Source: Betaproteobacteria bacterium
GTDB lineage: Bacteria; Pseudomonadota; Gammaproteobacteria; Burkholderiales; SG8-41
Assembly: GCA_016868015.1 (NCBI GenBank)
Contig: VGIF01000003.1
Location: 1 to 55,508, forward strand
DNA length: 55,508 nt
Reading direction: 5' to 3'
The notes beneath the pieces were generated by a model that saw only the letters and a program-made list of their open reading frames with translations, was not told the origin of the DNA and searched no databases. Of the stretch, positions 55,233 to 55,508 are shown in pieces (the first letter of the stretch is position 1; every line of letters begins with the position of its first letter). The position numbers were made by a program, and so were the translations under genes.

Positions 55233-55259
55233 AAAACTATCAATTAAATCAAATACTTA
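55233..55259 (+). repeat. 27-bp motif copy 16
   Basis: AAAACTATCAATTAAATCAAATACTTA in a divergent intergenic region. Confidence 0.9.
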
Positions 55260-55326
55260 CGTAACACCTCTGTAGTGGCGCACGCGCCCTATAGTAACCT
55301 AACGCAAACCACAACGAGGCGCCCCC

Positions 55327-55508
55327 ATGAAAGCACGAACCAACGGCATCGACATCCACTACGACATCGCGGGCGAAGTTACGAGCAAGCGGCCCTGGCT
55401 CACGTTAAGCCACTCGCTCGCCTGCAACCTGCACATGTGGGACGACCAAATGGCCGAACTCACCCAAAAATTCAAAGTGCTGCGCTTTGACTCACGCGGC
55501 CACGGGCA
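55327..55508 (+). CDS. 3-oxoadipate enol-lactonase-like alpha/beta hydrolase (5' part, truncated by the window edge)
   Basis: Not in the ORF track; reads MKARTNGIDIHYDIAG...WLTLSHSLACNLHMWDDQ...VLRFDSRGHG; GAGG SD. Confidence 0.85.
   Translation, partial: MKARTNGIDIHYDIAGEVTSKRPWLTLSHSLACNLHMWDDQMAELTQKFKVLRFDSRGHG

Noticed and set aside
122-55259. 27-bp element as a CRISPR repeat, dif/pdif site, KOPS, attC or DNA uptake sequence
   Set aside because: Copies are kilobases apart, non-palindromic and not strand-polarised; they lack XerC/XerD arms and attC core sites, and are absent from gene interiors, unlike uptake sequences.
1-55508. tRNA, rRNA, riboswitch, prophage, integrase or defence cluster
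   Set aside because: None recognised by eye; a covariance-model scan (Infernal/Rfam) would be needed to exclude small RNAs.

Overview
A 55.5-kb chromosomal segment of a GC-rich (about 60-65%, estimated by eye) Betaproteobacterium-like genome. The taxonomy is inferred from five Bug/TctC receptors, aat-bpt, an orphan rsxB-nth pair and gltIJKL. About 50 CDS are present, mostly housekeeping, catabolic and transport genes, plus two convergent toxin-antitoxin modules (DUF1778/GNAT and VapBC). I found no tRNA, rRNA, CRISPR, prophage or transposase. The unusual content is non-coding. (1) Sixteen copies of a conserved, non-palindromic, very AT-rich ~27-bp motif (e.g. AAAAATATCAATAAAATCAAATACTTA, ending in an IHF-type WATCAANNNNTTR core) lie at gene junctions in both orientations, spaced quasi-regularly about 3.7 kb apart; some overlap start or stop codons and one encodes a signal-peptide n-region. 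(2) At least four REP-like palindrome families occur, with two MITEs (one inserted exactly in a REP hairpin loop with a 4-bp duplication) and a REP doublet split around a two-gene module. (3) A G/T-rich-left, C/A-rich-right skew flip is centred on these repeat sites regardless of gene direction. Two genes lack a canonical start at the expected position (CTG for the GNAT toxin, ATC for a TerB/DUF697 protein), and one gene is frameshifted. All product calls come from motif recognition by eye, not database searches.
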